Origin: an uncultured Prevotellaceae bacterium
GTDB taxonomy: Bacteria > Bacteroidota > Bacteroidia > Bacteroidales > Bacteroidaceae
Direction of reading: 5' to 3'
NCBI GenBank assembly: GCA_902767775.1
Contig: CACXIP010000010.1
Location: forward strand, 29,662-93,661
Length of the DNA: 64,000 bases
The position numbers were made by a program, and so were the translations under genes. Under the pieces are notes generated by a model. That model was not told where the DNA came from and did not search any database. It saw only the letters and a program-made list of their open reading frames with translations. Positions 27,040 to 36,143 of this stretch are shown here, piece by piece; the first letter of the stretch is position 1; the number at the start of each line of letters is the position of its first letter.

Positions 27040-28971
27040 TCAATTGTGGCGCTGCATATATTCCGCTGTCTGTATCATCGCGAAGACGTAGCGGCGGAGG
27101 GAGTCGTGCCGTGCTGTCTGTGCCGTGGGCCGCAGCAGTCCGCCCTCTCCCACCTCATAGCAGAAGTCACGCTCCATCTGCGGGTTGTGGATGACACATG
27201 CGACCGTGTCGCGTGCCACCAGTTGTGTGTCTGAGGTATAGAACACCCTCTGGCGTGGATGCCGCATCAAGTCGGTGCCAAAACCGTCATACTCGTAGGA
27301 GAGTCCCATGAGCCCCAGCAGGGTAGGCATCACGTCTATCTGTGTGGCGAGTCCGTCGTATTGTCTCTCAGGAATGCCCGGTCCGAACATGATACAAGGG
27401 ATGTGGTTGTACGACTGCGGCAGTTCGGAGTCCATCTCCCCCACCAGTTTGCCATGGTCGGCAAGGATGACAAAGATGGTGTTGTCATACCATGGTTGCT
27501 GCCTCGCCAGTGCCAGGAACTCCCCGATGCAGCGGTCAGCATATTCCACAATCTGTGTCTCCGGGTCGTTGGTGACGGTAGGCATCGATGGCGGTATTAT
27601 ATACGGCGGATGGTTGCTGATGGTGAGCAGTGTTGCCATAAATGGTTTTCCCATGGCTGCCGTGCGGTTGATGACCGGCAGGGCGTATGAGAAGAGATAC
27701 CTGTCAGGCACCCCGAAACTGTTGACTACCTCTTCGGCAGGATAATCCTCCTGGGCATAGACCTCATCGTAACCATTGGTGCGCAGGAATGCGTTCATAT
27801 TGTCATATTGCGACTCATGCGTCAGGAAGAAGAGGTTGTGGTAGCCCTCATTATGGAGCACTGTGGCGATGCCGCTGCGGTGTGGCGTCACCGTCCCCTT
27901 CATCAGGTTGCGCATCATCAGTGCCGGAAAAGAGTATAGCGTAGCGGTGATGCCATGGTTGGTATGTATGCCGGCGGAATAGAAACGGGTGAAAGCCAGA
28001 CTGTGCTGGTATAGGCTGTCGAGAGTTGGGGTAAGTCTCGCTGGCTGTCCGAAGGTCTGCATCAGACTCGCCGACATCGACTCCATGAGGATAACGACCA
28101 CGTTGGGGTGTGCAGCCACCGTGTCAGCCACCACCTGCCGGCGGAGCAGTGCCGTACAGTCGGCTACTCCAGTCAGTCCCAGTTCATGCCTGACGTAAGC
28201 GATGGCATCGCCATAGGGCATGAGGTGGAGTTCGGCATTCTCCTTCCTCATGCGATCCAACGAACTGGTGATGAGGTTGAACGAAGGGGATATGCCCAAT
28301 TGGTTGAGGAAGGGGTCGTCGCAGTAGTATGCCTGACTGATTTTGATGGGGTTGTACCCTGTGCGTCCACGGATGCCGAAGACACACAGTCCTATCAAAG
28401 CTGCGCTGATGACGAGCCTCACGGGTATGCCCACCCATCCTGTAGCCTTCGGCGCAGCCTCTACCTGGCGGTCGGTCCGTCGCCGAAGCCATCGCAGAAT
28501 GACGATGAGCACCACCACGGCAAAGATGAACATTGCGAAATACACCCAATAGGATGCTTCGCCCACCAGCATTCCAGCAGTGGTTCCCGCATAGCCAAAC
28601 CAGCCAAAGATGCTGGCATCGATGTTTTTGAAGAAATAGGCGAAATAGGGAATATTGGCAGCGGAGACTGCCATGACCAAGGTGTAGAATATCCCGAACC
28701 ACCATCCCGCTGCTTTTCGAAGCCATCCTGCACAATAGCCGAAAGAGGCGGCGAGGAGCAGTATGGCAAGCGGTGCGATGAGGATATAACAACCTATGAC
28801 ATTGTCAAACCATACGCCACGGAGGAAAGCCGGAGTCACTGAGGCGGTGCCGTTACCCATCGTGCCGTGGAGCACTACCCACTGCACAACACGGAACAGC
28901 GATGTCATCAGCAATGCCACTACGTGGACTGCCAACAGATAGGTTAAAACAAGCGTAAACCGTCTCAACAA
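27040..28971 (-). CDS. LTA-synthase / phosphoglycerol-transferase-like membrane sulfatase-family protein
   Basis: About 5 N-terminal TM helices precede an extracytoplasmic alkaline-phosphatase/sulfatase-fold domain (NVVVILMESMSAS, ISNHPPY, ILADHG). Confidence 0.75.
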   Translation of the reverse strand: MLRRFTLVLTYLLAVHVVALLMTSLFRVVQWVVLHGTMGNGTASVTPAFLRGVWFDNVIGCYILIAPLAILLLAASFGYCAGWLRKAAGWWFGIFYTLVMAVSAANIPYFAYFFKNIDASIFGWFGYAGTTAGMLVGEASYWVYFAMFIFAVVVLIVILRWLRRRTDRQVEAAPKATGWVGIPVRLVISAALIGLCVFGIRGRTGYNPIKISQAYYCDDPFLNQLGISPSFNLITSSLDRMRKENAELHLMPYGDAIAYVRHELGLTGVADCTALLRRQVVADTVAAHPNVVVILMESMSASLMQTFGQPARLTPTLDSLYQHSLAFTRFYSAGIHTNHGITATLYSFPALMMRNLMKGTVTPHRSGIATVLHNEGYHNLFFLTHESQYDNMNAFLRTNGYDEVYAQEDYPAEEVVNSFGVPDRYLFSYALPVINRTAAMGKPFMATLLTISNHPPYIIPPSMPTVTNDPETQIVEYADRCIGEFLALARQQPWYDNTIFVILADHGKLVGEMDSELPQSYNHIPCIMFGPGIPERQYDGLATQIDVMPTLLGLMGLSYEYDGFGTDLMRHPRQRVFYTSDTQLVARDTVACVIHNPQMERDFCYEVGEGGLLRPTAQTARHDSLRRYVFAMIQTAEYMQRHN

Positions 28972-28975
28972 CTCT

Positions 28976-29003
28976 GAACTATGAATGATGAACTATGAAC
29001 TAA
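28976..29003. repeat. Heptamer array (ATGAACT-like)
   Basis: gaactatgaatgatgaactatgaactaa lies between the start codon at 28971 and the stop codon at 29000. It belongs to the same family as 20502-20538. Confidence 0.75.
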
Positions 29004-30049
29004 TTCTCCACGGGTTTGATGACCATCTTATCGGGCGAGGTGGGGGCAGCCGGTTTTGGAGCGACGTCAATGGCACGCGGTTCAATCTGCTCCGTCGCCT
29101 TGACGGGAGCCTTCTCGGGTTCGGCTGTCTTCTCCTGCGTCTCCTGTTTCTTTTGTTTTTCCACCTTTGGAGCCACTTTTTCCCATTCCGAACTACTTAG
29201 GCCGCTCACCCTGTCGCCATTGGAGTCGTAGGTTGCCGTGCGCACGTCGGTGCTTACCTTATAGCCATCCTTATCCACCACCACACGGCCATGGTCGAGA
29301 ATCTCCAATGAAGGATTGTCGGGAGTAGTGGTCATGCGGTAGAAGCCAAACTCGGTATTGCCAGAGTTGCGTGAGGCGATGATGATGATGTATTTCTCGT
29401 TGGTGCTGAGATAGGCATTGAGCACGCCGCTGCCCTCATAGTCAACAACGGCCTTGCTGTTGAGCTCCTGCAGGTCGACCTCCTTGTCCGACTGGTTGGC
29501 GGCATCATAAATATGCAGACGTCCGTCGCGCAGATAGACCATGCTGTGACGCTGGCGGTCGGGGAATTTCGCCACGATGGTGGAACTTTGGTAAAGTTCG
29601 GTCTCCACACTGTCGATGACCGCCTTGAGCGAATTGTCAACAGTGTTGTTGAGGCTGAACGTCTTTGTCTCCATCATCTGCACGGCGATGAAAATGCCCA
29701 GGACGATGATCGACAGCAGTGCGATGACACTTCCAATGATGATGGTAGAAGTGGAGTATTTGCTGGCTATTTTCTCCTCATACTCGTGTTTCACCTTCTC
29801 GGTGTCCTGCTTCAGATGGCGCATGTATTTACCAAACTTGCTGTCCTGCTCCCCCTCGGCAGCAGTGTCGCCTTCATCTGGAATGCTGACCTCCTCTGGT
29901 TCCTCCTCTACGGGTTCCTCGTAAGTCTCCTCTGGCGGTATCTCCTCATCGTAGGAAGCAAACCGCGTCTCGGCCTTGCAGTAAGGGCAGACCTGCGCAT
30001 ATTGGTATATCTGTCGCCCACAGGAGGGGCATTTTCTCATTTTCTTCAT
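29000..30049 (-). CDS. Zinc-ribbon membrane protein of unknown function
   Basis: The N-terminus has CPSCGRQIYQYAQVCPYCKAE (CxxC-N10-CxxC). An acidic linker and one TM helix (IIIGSVIALLSIIVLGIFIAV) follow, then a ~170-aa beta-rich domain and a K/E/P-rich tail. Confidence 0.5.
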   Translation of the reverse strand: MKKMRKCPSCGRQIYQYAQVCPYCKAETRFASYDEEIPPEETYEEPVEEEPEEVSIPDEGDTAAEGEQDSKFGKYMRHLKQDTEKVKHEYEEKIASKYSTSTIIIGSVIALLSIIVLGIFIAVQMMETKTFSLNNTVDNSLKAVIDSVETELYQSSTIVAKFPDRQRHSMVYLRDGRLHIYDAANQSDKEVDLQELNSKAVVDYEGSGVLNAYLSTNEKYIIIIASRNSGNTEFGFYRMTTTPDNPSLEILDHGRVVVDKDGYKVSTDVRTATYDSNGDRVSGLSSSEWEKVAPKVEKQKKQETQEKTAEPEKAPVKATEQIEPRAIDVAPKPAAPTSPDKMVIKPVEN

Positions 30050-30071
30050 GACATCGTCCTCTCAGTGGTTG

Positions 30072-31568
30072 TTATTTGTTGAGTTTCCACGTCACACCGT
30101 CCTTGGTGTCCTTCACCTCAAAGCCGGCGGCACTGAGCGCATCGCGTATCTGGTCGCTGGTAGCCCAATCCTTGGCGGCCTTTGCCTTGGCACGCAGCTC
30201 CAGCACCATGTCGACCACTTGTCCGAAAGCCTCCTCGCGGGCACTGCTGGAGTTGCCCTTCTCAGGTCTGAGTCCCAGGAGGTCGAAAGCAAAGAGGCGC
30301 ATAGTCTGCGAGAGTTCATCGAAGTCGGCACTGCTGATGGTTGCCTTGTGGTCGAGCAGGATATTCACCTGATGGCAAGCCTCAAAGAGCAGACTGATGA
30401 CCACAGGAGTCTGGAAATCGTCGTTCATGGCATCATAGCACTTCTGGCGCAGTTCTGTCACCAGTTGATGGGTTGCAGCGTCCGACTCCTTGCCGACGGT
30501 GATGCGACCGAGGTCGGCGATGCCGTCGAGCAGTCGCTCCAGTCCTTTCTCGCTCGCCTTGAGGGCGTCGTTGGAGAAGTCGACAGTTCCTCTATAGTGT
30601 GCCGAGAGGATGAAGAAGCGGATGGTCATGGGCGAGAATGCCTGTGTGAGCGTCGGACTGTCACCGGTGAAGAACTGCTCCAGGGTGATGAAGTTGCCGA
30701 GGCTCTTGCCCATTTTCTGTCCGTTGATGGTAATCATGTTGTTGTGCATCCAGTACTTCACCATCTGGTCGCCCTGACTTGCCACCGCCTGTGCTATCTC
30801 GCACTCATGATGGGGGAAGATGAGGTCCATGCCACCGCCGTGGATGTCGAAATGGGCACCCAGGTATTTGCGCCCCATGGCGGTGCACTCGCAGTGCCAT
30901 CCCGGGAATCCATCGCTCCACTCACTGGGCCATCTCATGATATGCTCCGGCTGCGCCTTTTTCCACAGGGCAAAGTCCGCTTGGTTGTGCTTCTCCCCTA
31001 CCCCGTCGAGTTCACGGCTGGCATTGATGACATTTTCGAGGTTGCGTCCCGACAGGATGCCGTAGCCATAACGCTCATTGTATTTGTTGACATCGAAATA
31101 GATGCTGCCGTTGCTCTCGTAGGCAAAGCCGTTGTCAAGTATTTCCTTCACCAATTGCTGCTGCTCGATGATGTGCCCAGAGGCATGCGGTTCAATGCTT
31201 GGTGGCAGCACGTTGAGCGCCTCCATCGCCTTGTGGTAGCGATTGGTGTAATACTGCGCCACCTCCATCGGTTCCAACTGCTCGAGCCGTGCCTTCTTGG
31301 CTATCTTGTCATCACCCTCATCGGCATCATGCTCAAGATGGCCCACATCAGTGATATTGCGCACATAGCGCACCTTGTAGCCCAGATGCCGCAGGTAGCG
31401 GAACACGACATCGAAGGTGATGGCTGGTCGGGCATGTCCCAAATGCGGGTCGCCATAGACGGTGGGACCACACACATACATACCCACATTGGGAGCATGA
31501 AGGGGTTTGAACGGCTCTTTCTTTCTGGTGAGCGTATTATAAATCAAAAGTGTCTGTTGCATAGTCAT
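30072..31568 (-). CDS. cysS: Cysteine--tRNA ligase
   Basis: It has the class I HIGH motif ([12 protein letters not shown]), the KMSKS motif (KMGKSLGN) and the CysRS blocks WHCEC and [16 protein letters not shown] placed the start at [15 protein letters not shown]. Confidence 0.97.
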   Translation of the reverse strand: MTMQQTLLIYNTLTRKKEPFKPLHAPNVGMYVCGPTVYGDPHLGHARPAITFDVVFRYLRHLGYKVRYVRNITDVGHLEHDADEGDDKIAKKARLEQLEPMEVAQYYTNRYHKAMEALNVLPPSIEPHASGHIIEQQQLVKEILDNGFAYESNGSIYFDVNKYNERYGYGILSGRNLENVINASRELDGVGEKHNQADFALWKKAQPEHIMRWPSEWSDGFPGWHCECTAMGRKYLGAHFDIHGGGMDLIFPHHECEIAQAVASQGDQMVKYWMHNNMITINGQKMGKSLGNFITLEQFFTGDSPTLTQAFSPMTIRFFILSAHYRGTVDFSNDALKASEKGLERLLDGIADLGRITVGKESDAATHQLVTELRQKCYDAMNDDFQTPVVISLLFEACHQVNILLDHKATISSADFDELSQTMRLFAFDLLGLRPEKGNSSSAREEAFGQVVDMVLELRAKAKAAKDWATSDQIRDALSAAGFEVKDTKDGVTWKLNK

Positions 31569-31584
31569 GTTAAGTTTTAATTTG

Positions 31585-31616
31585 CAAAGATACAATTAAA
31601 CGAGTGAAAAGCCAAA
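31585..31616 (-). promoter_or_regulatory. Candidate cysS promoter (-33 TTTG / -7 TATCTTTG)
   Basis: On the minus strand TTTG lies at 31616-31613 and TATCTTTG at 31592-31585, 20 nt apart. The -7 box ends 17 nt upstream of the ATG at 31568. Confidence 0.45.
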
Positions 31617-31640
31617 TTTTCTTTTAGCTTTTCATTTTCA

Positions 31641-31688
31641 ACACAAAAACACAGAGACACAAGGAACTTTTATTCCCTGTGTCTCTGT
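31641..31688 (-). terminator. Intrinsic-terminator-like hairpin after the 31713..34889 barrel gene
   Basis: On the minus strand ACAGAGACACAGGG-loop10-CCTTGTGTCTCTGT forms a 14-bp stem with one mismatch. It is followed by GTTTTTGTGT. Confidence 0.6.
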
Positions 31689-31712
31689 ATTGATAAGACT
31701 ATGAATGATTGA

Positions 31713-34700
31713 TTAAAATCCTCCGGGTCGGCCGCCACCGAAGCCACCGCCGAAGCCGCCACCACCGGGACGACCGCCTCCTCCGCCACCAGGACGGCCA
31801 CCGCCAGGACCTTCTCCACCGCCCCAGTTGCCACGGCCTTCACCCCAGTTGCCACGGCCGCCTTCGCCGCCCTGTCTGCCTCTGAAGGTGTTGATGCGGT
31901 AACTGACATGAATCATGGCGTAGGAGGTAATGGCATTCACCTCGCGGTCGGTCCATCCGTTGGCACTCACTGTGCGTGAGAAGTTCGTCTGCTGGTTGAG
32001 GATGTCATACCACTGCAGCATGACGGTGAGTTTCTTTCCCTTGAGGAAGCTGTGCGAGAGCTGCGCATTCCATATAAACTCATTGGTGTTGAGTGTCTGG
32101 TCGCTGTATCCCCTCTTGCTGAACATATGGAAGTCGGTCGACAGGTTGGTGCCCCATGGGAAGGTAATTCTTGTATTGCCTCCGTAAGAGAAATTCCATG
32201 TGGAGAGATTTCGTGATGCTTGCAACTTGTTCTCCGTATGTGCATATGTGGCATTGCCATTGACGGAGAAATTGAGCCAACTGTTGCGGAAACTCAGTGA
32301 CATCTGCGGCGACAGGTTGAACGTATGGGTGACATTGCGGTCGGGAATAGCTGTACGGTTGAGGTTGACATATCCGATTTGGTGGCGGTAGTTGCCGTTG
32401 ACCGACCCACTGACATCCCATCTGTTGAGAGTGTCGAGGGCTATGTTGAATGTCACGCCACCGTTGGCGCCCCAGTTGCCGTTGATGTTCTCCGGTCGGG
32501 TGATGCGTCCACCTGTCGACTCGTTGTAAGTCACCACGTTGCCGATGGAGTTGCGGGTAGTATTGAAGCTGCCGTTGGCACTGAAACTCCAGTGACGCTG
32601 GGCCTTGGGCACGTTGAATCCCATGCTGTCGGTCACAAAAGTCGGCGTCCGCTGCTTCTGGAAGTTCACGTTGAAGTTGGATGTGAACGAGGGCTTCAGT
32701 CCTGGATTACCCATGGAGATATTCAGCGGGTTGGTGTCGTCATAAATATCGAGCAGTTGGGTGATTGACGGCTGCGACGACGACCCACGGTAACTCATCT
32801 GCAAGTTGGTCTGCTGGTTGAAGCGGTAGCGCAGGTTGAATGTTGGCGACACGTTGGTGACCGTCCTGACGGTGTCGATGGGGATGCCGAGATACTGCTG
32901 GATATAGTGTGAGCGCTCCGGCTGTGCCGACACACCGATGTTCATGTTGTATTTCTCACGAACGAAGCGCAGTTGCACATCAGCATTGTGTCCATGCTCT
33001 GTGCGCTCAGAATAACGGCTGAGTTCGGTGGAGAGATACGACTCATATGGATTGTCGAGGAAACCGAACAGGCGTGTCCAGTCGCGGTATTCCTGCAGCA
33101 CCTCCTGAAATGCCGTGGTGCTGTAGTCGGGGAAGTCGTATGTTGAAGGGTCGCTTTTTTGATGACTGTAGTTATATCGGTAATTCAGTTGCAGGAAGAT
33201 ACCCTCAACCCCCACTCTGCGCCTGTTGCCACCCCTGTTCTGCGGTCCCATCCAGAACGGATTGGCATTGGCCGTAGTATCCGCTTCCACGGGTTTGGGC
33301 TTGAAGAGGTAAAGGGGCTCGGTATAGGTGGCGCCAAGTGAAAAACTGAAATTATTGCTTCCCGACAAGGTGTACCTATTCGTCTGATAGGTGGAGTCAT
33401 TGCCAAACCGGTCGGGCTGTTGGTAAAGATGCACCATGGATAGGTTGGCGTTACGGTTGTTGCCGTTGCCATAGTTGATGTTGTTGCTCAGCGCCAGGTT
33501 GCGCCCGTTTCTGCCAAATCGGCGGTAGAGCTGCAGTTGTGAGCGCAGGCTTTTGTTGCTTCCATAACTCATCGATTTGTTCTGCCTGCCATTGACAATG
33601 AGGCCGAGGGAGTCCATGTCGAGCATTCCCTCGAAGCTCAGCGGGTCGTGGACAAACTCGAAGGGGTCGGCGTTGAATGATGCCGAGGTGGAGAATCCCC
33701 TGCCGTCGTTGGTGGAGAAACTGACGTCGGGACGGAACGACAGTGTGGTTGCAGAGTCGATGGTCCACTGGAGGTTCATGTTGCCCGTCCAACTGTTTGT
33801 CCTGGAGTAGTTCTGGCTGATGCTGTTGGAGAAGGCACCGCCTCGGGTATTGACGAAATTCTCCGACCCCGTGCGGTTCCAGTTGTCGGTATTGTTGTGG
33901 TTCCACGTGACACGTCCGCTGAGACGGATGTCCTTGCCGTTCTCATAGCTGATGTCAAGCGCACCTGTCTTCGTATGGCGCTGTCCTTGGTTGTTGCCAC
34001 GTCCACGTCCGCCACGTCCGGTGAAGTTGCGGTCGTTGACGTTGTTGGCGTTGCCCATGAAGGTGTAGCGCATCGCCCCGAAAGGTTTCATGGCAGTCAG
34101 ACGGATACCATAGCGGTGGTCGGTTCCGATGCCGATATCGGGGTTCATCTGCAGTCCGTTGCGGGCGCTCCGCTTGGTGACAAACTCCAGCACGAAATCA
34201 TCATTGCCGTCATCGAGGCCGGTGAGCCTCGACAGGTCGCTCTTCTCATCGTATGCCTTCACTTGTTCGATGACGTAAGAAGGCAGGTTTTTCATCACCG
34301 CGCTGTTGTTGCCTGTCATGAAATCACGGCCGTCCATCTTAAAACGCTTCACGTTCTTGCCATTGATGGTCACACCGCCGTCATCGTCAATCTTTGCTCC
34401 GGGGAGTGCCTCCACCAATGCCTCAATGACCGAACCTTCGGGCACGCGGAAGGCATCAGCATTATATACCACCGTATCATCCTTGATGACCATCTTGGGG
34501 ATGTTGGCAACCACTGTAGCGCCATCGAGCAGGATAGCGTCCGACTCCATATCTATCTCACCCAGCGAAAGGGCCTGTCCGCTGACTTTTGTCACCCGTC
34601 TCGACCACTCTTTGTAACCCACAAAAGAGGCTTTGATCAGATAGGTGCCGTTTTTGACGGAATTGAAAGTGAAAAAACCATCCTCATCCGTAAGGGTGCC

Positions 34701-34889
34701 TGCCACATAGGTGGTGTCCCTTCGGTTTCTTGATGTCTTCAACTCATAGAGCTGCAGGGTGGCCTTGTCCAGGGCACCCCCATCAGCTTTGTCGACAATA
34801 CGTCCTGCTATAGTCTCATTCTGTGCTGCGCATGGGAGGATGCCCAACAACAATGTTGCCAAAAGGGCAACATATCGGTGTATCTCCAT
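31713..34889 (-). CDS. Outer-membrane beta-barrel protein (CarboxypepD_reg N-domain, OMP_b-brl_3/TonB-dependent-receptor-like) with Gly/Arg-rich C-terminal tail
   Basis: It has a signal peptide (LLATLLLGILPCAAQ) and the motif IAGRIVDKADGGALDKATLQL. A plug-like stretch (LPGAKIDDDGGVTINGKNVKRFKMDGRDF) precedes the long barrel. The last ~55 aa are GRQGGEGGRGNWGEGRGNWGGGEGPGGGRPGGGGGGRPGGGGFGGGFGGGRPGGF. Confidence 0.7.
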   Translation of the reverse strand: MEIHRYVALLATLLLGILPCAAQNETIAGRIVDKADGGALDKATLQLYELKTSRNRRDTTYVAGTLTDEDGFFTFNSVKNGTYLIKASFVGYKEWSRRVTKVSGQALSLGEIDMESDAILLDGATVVANIPKMVIKDDTVVYNADAFRVPEGSVIEALVEALPGAKIDDDGGVTINGKNVKRFKMDGRDFMTGNNSAVMKNLPSYVIEQVKAYDEKSDLSRLTGLDDGNDDFVLEFVTKRSARNGLQMNPDIGIGTDHRYGIRLTAMKPFGAMRYTFMGNANNVNDRNFTGRGGRGRGNNQGQRHTKTGALDISYENGKDIRLSGRVTWNHNNTDNWNRTGSENFVNTRGGAFSNSISQNYSRTNSWTGNMNLQWTIDSATTLSFRPDVSFSTNDGRGFSTSASFNADPFEFVHDPLSFEGMLDMDSLGLIVNGRQNKSMSYGSNKSLRSQLQLYRRFGRNGRNLALSNNINYGNGNNRNANLSMVHLYQQPDRFGNDSTYQTNRYTLSGSNNFSFSLGATYTEPLYLFKPKPVEADTTANANPFWMGPQNRGGNRRRVGVEGIFLQLNYRYNYSHQKSDPSTYDFPDYSTTAFQEVLQEYRDWTRLFGFLDNPYESYLSTELSRYSERTEHGHNADVQLRFVREKYNMNIGVSAQPERSHYIQQYLGIPIDTVRTVTNVSPTFNLRYRFNQQTNLQMSYRGSSSQPSITQLLDIYDDTNPLNISMGNPGLKPSFTSNFNVNFQKQRTPTFVTDSMGFNVPKAQRHWSFSANGSFNTTRNSIGNVVTYNESTGGRITRPENINGNWGANGGVTFNIALDTLNRWDVSGSVNGNYRHQIGYVNLNRTAIPDRNVTHTFNLSPQMSLSFRNSWLNFSVNGNATYAHTENKLQASRNLSTWNFSYGGNTRITFPWGTNLSTDFHMFSKRGYSDQTLNTNEFIWNAQLSHSFLKGKKLTVMLQWYDILNQQTNFSRTVSANGWTDREVNAITSYAMIHVSYRINTFRGRQGGEGGRGNWGEGRGNWGGGEGPGGGRPGGGGGGRPGGGGFGGGFGGGRPGGF

Positions 34890-34976
34890 TGTTTTGGCTT
34901 ATTGTTAAAAATATCTTTCTGCTAACTTTGACGCAGCCAAAACGAAAAAGTTTAATATGGTTGAAAATTACATCAT

Positions 34977-35999
34977 TCAACTATTTATCAGAGTTTCTAT
35001 CTCCTCATCCGTTGCGAGGTTGAAGTCGCCATTGAAGGAGTATTTCAGCGTAGAGGCGGCGAGGGAATAGTCGAGGATGCGCTGGTTATCATCAGGCCAT
35101 TGGAGCATGGCGTGTATCTGTCCGGCGGCGAAGGCATCACCCACACCCATCGGGTCGACCATATCCTGAATGTCATAGATACGTGTGGAGTAAAGATGGC
35201 TGTCGGTACACAACAGGGCGGTGAGCAGGTGATGGCTGGCGTTCACCTGGTTGCGCATGCCCATGAGCCATTTCTGGCACCGTGGGAAACGCTTCCTGAT
35301 GTCATCAAACCACTCGCGGTAGGGCTGCAGGTCCATCTCATAGTCTGGCGTAAGTGCCTTGAATGGTATTTTCGGATGCGAGAAGAGAAACTCAAACTCG
35401 ATGACGTCGCCAAACATCACGTCGGCATACTCCAACATACGGCTGAGCATCTCGATGGGCTGTGCCCCTGGGTAGCGCCATAGGTTCTTGCGATGGTTGA
35501 TGTCGAACGAGATGGTGAGCCCCATCTCATCTGCCACTTGAAGTGCCTCAAGGGTGGCCTCTGCGGCATCGGGCGTGAGTGCGCCGGCAATGCCCGAGGT
35601 ATGGAAGACGCTGGCTCCCTCGAAAGCCTTATGCCAGTCGATCATGCCTGGCTTGAGTTGCGCGAAGGCGGAGTTGGCACGGTCGTAGGTGACCGACGAG
35701 TTGCGCAGTGCAGCGGCTCCCTCGAAATAGTAGGCCCCCATGCGGTCGCCGCCGATGAGCACGTCGCGAGTATCGAGTCCGTACTCACGGAGCATCATCA
35801 GCGCCGCGAGACCTATCTGCCCTTTGGGCAGGCACGTCACATACGACACTTCATCACCCAAAGTGGCGAGCGAGATGCCCACATTGGCCTCGCTGCCGCC
35901 GAAGTTACCCAATAGTTCCTCACCCTGTGTGAACCGCCTGTTTCCTTTTTTTGAAAAACGCAGCAACAGTTCACCGAAAGTCACAATCCGCTTGCTCAT
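34977..35999 (-). CDS. kdgK: PfkB-family sugar kinase, probable 2-dehydro-3-deoxygluconokinase
   Basis: The start is MSKRIVTFGELLLRFS. PfkB N-terminal GG-type and C-terminal motifs (DPMGVGDAFAAGQIH) are present. The length of about 340 aa is typical of KdgK. Confidence 0.7.
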   Translation of the reverse strand: MSKRIVTFGELLLRFSKKGNRRFTQGEELLGNFGGSEANVGISLATLGDEVSYVTCLPKGQIGLAALMMLREYGLDTRDVLIGGDRMGAYYFEGAAALRNSSVTYDRANSAFAQLKPGMIDWHKAFEGASVFHTSGIAGALTPDAAEATLEALQVADEMGLTISFDINHRKNLWRYPGAQPIEMLSRMLEYADVMFGDVIEFEFLFSHPKIPFKALTPDYEMDLQPYREWFDDIRKRFPRCQKWLMGMRNQVNASHHLLTALLCTDSHLYSTRIYDIQDMVDPMGVGDAFAAGQIHAMLQWPDDNQRILDYSLAASTLKYSFNGDFNLATDEEIETLINS

Positions 36000-36085
36000 A
36001 TTATTTCTTGTATATACGTTTTGCGGCACAAAAGTATCAAAAATTTTTCTACCTTGCCTTAAAATCCAAAATAAAGTGCGAATTA

Positions 36086-36117
36086 TTTGCCGTTTTGCAC
36101 GATTTGACCTACCTTTG
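36086..36117 (+). promoter_or_regulatory. Candidate promoter of the CoA-transferase gene (-33 TTTG / -7 TACCTTTG)
   Basis: TTTG lies at 36086-36089 and TACCTTTG at 36110-36117, 20 nt apart. The ATG at 36144 is 27 nt downstream. Confidence 0.45.
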
Positions 36118-36143
36118 TGGACAATTTAACAAAAATCATACTT

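Noticed and set aside
30048-31580. A 510-aa plus-strand ORF covering the whole of cysS on the opposite strand.
   Set aside because: It is exactly antisense to an unmistakable cysS (HIGH and KMSKS motifs). Its translation is rich in G/V/A/L/H/D/E with no recognisable motif, signal or start context. This is the typical shadow ORF of a gene with GC-rich third positions.
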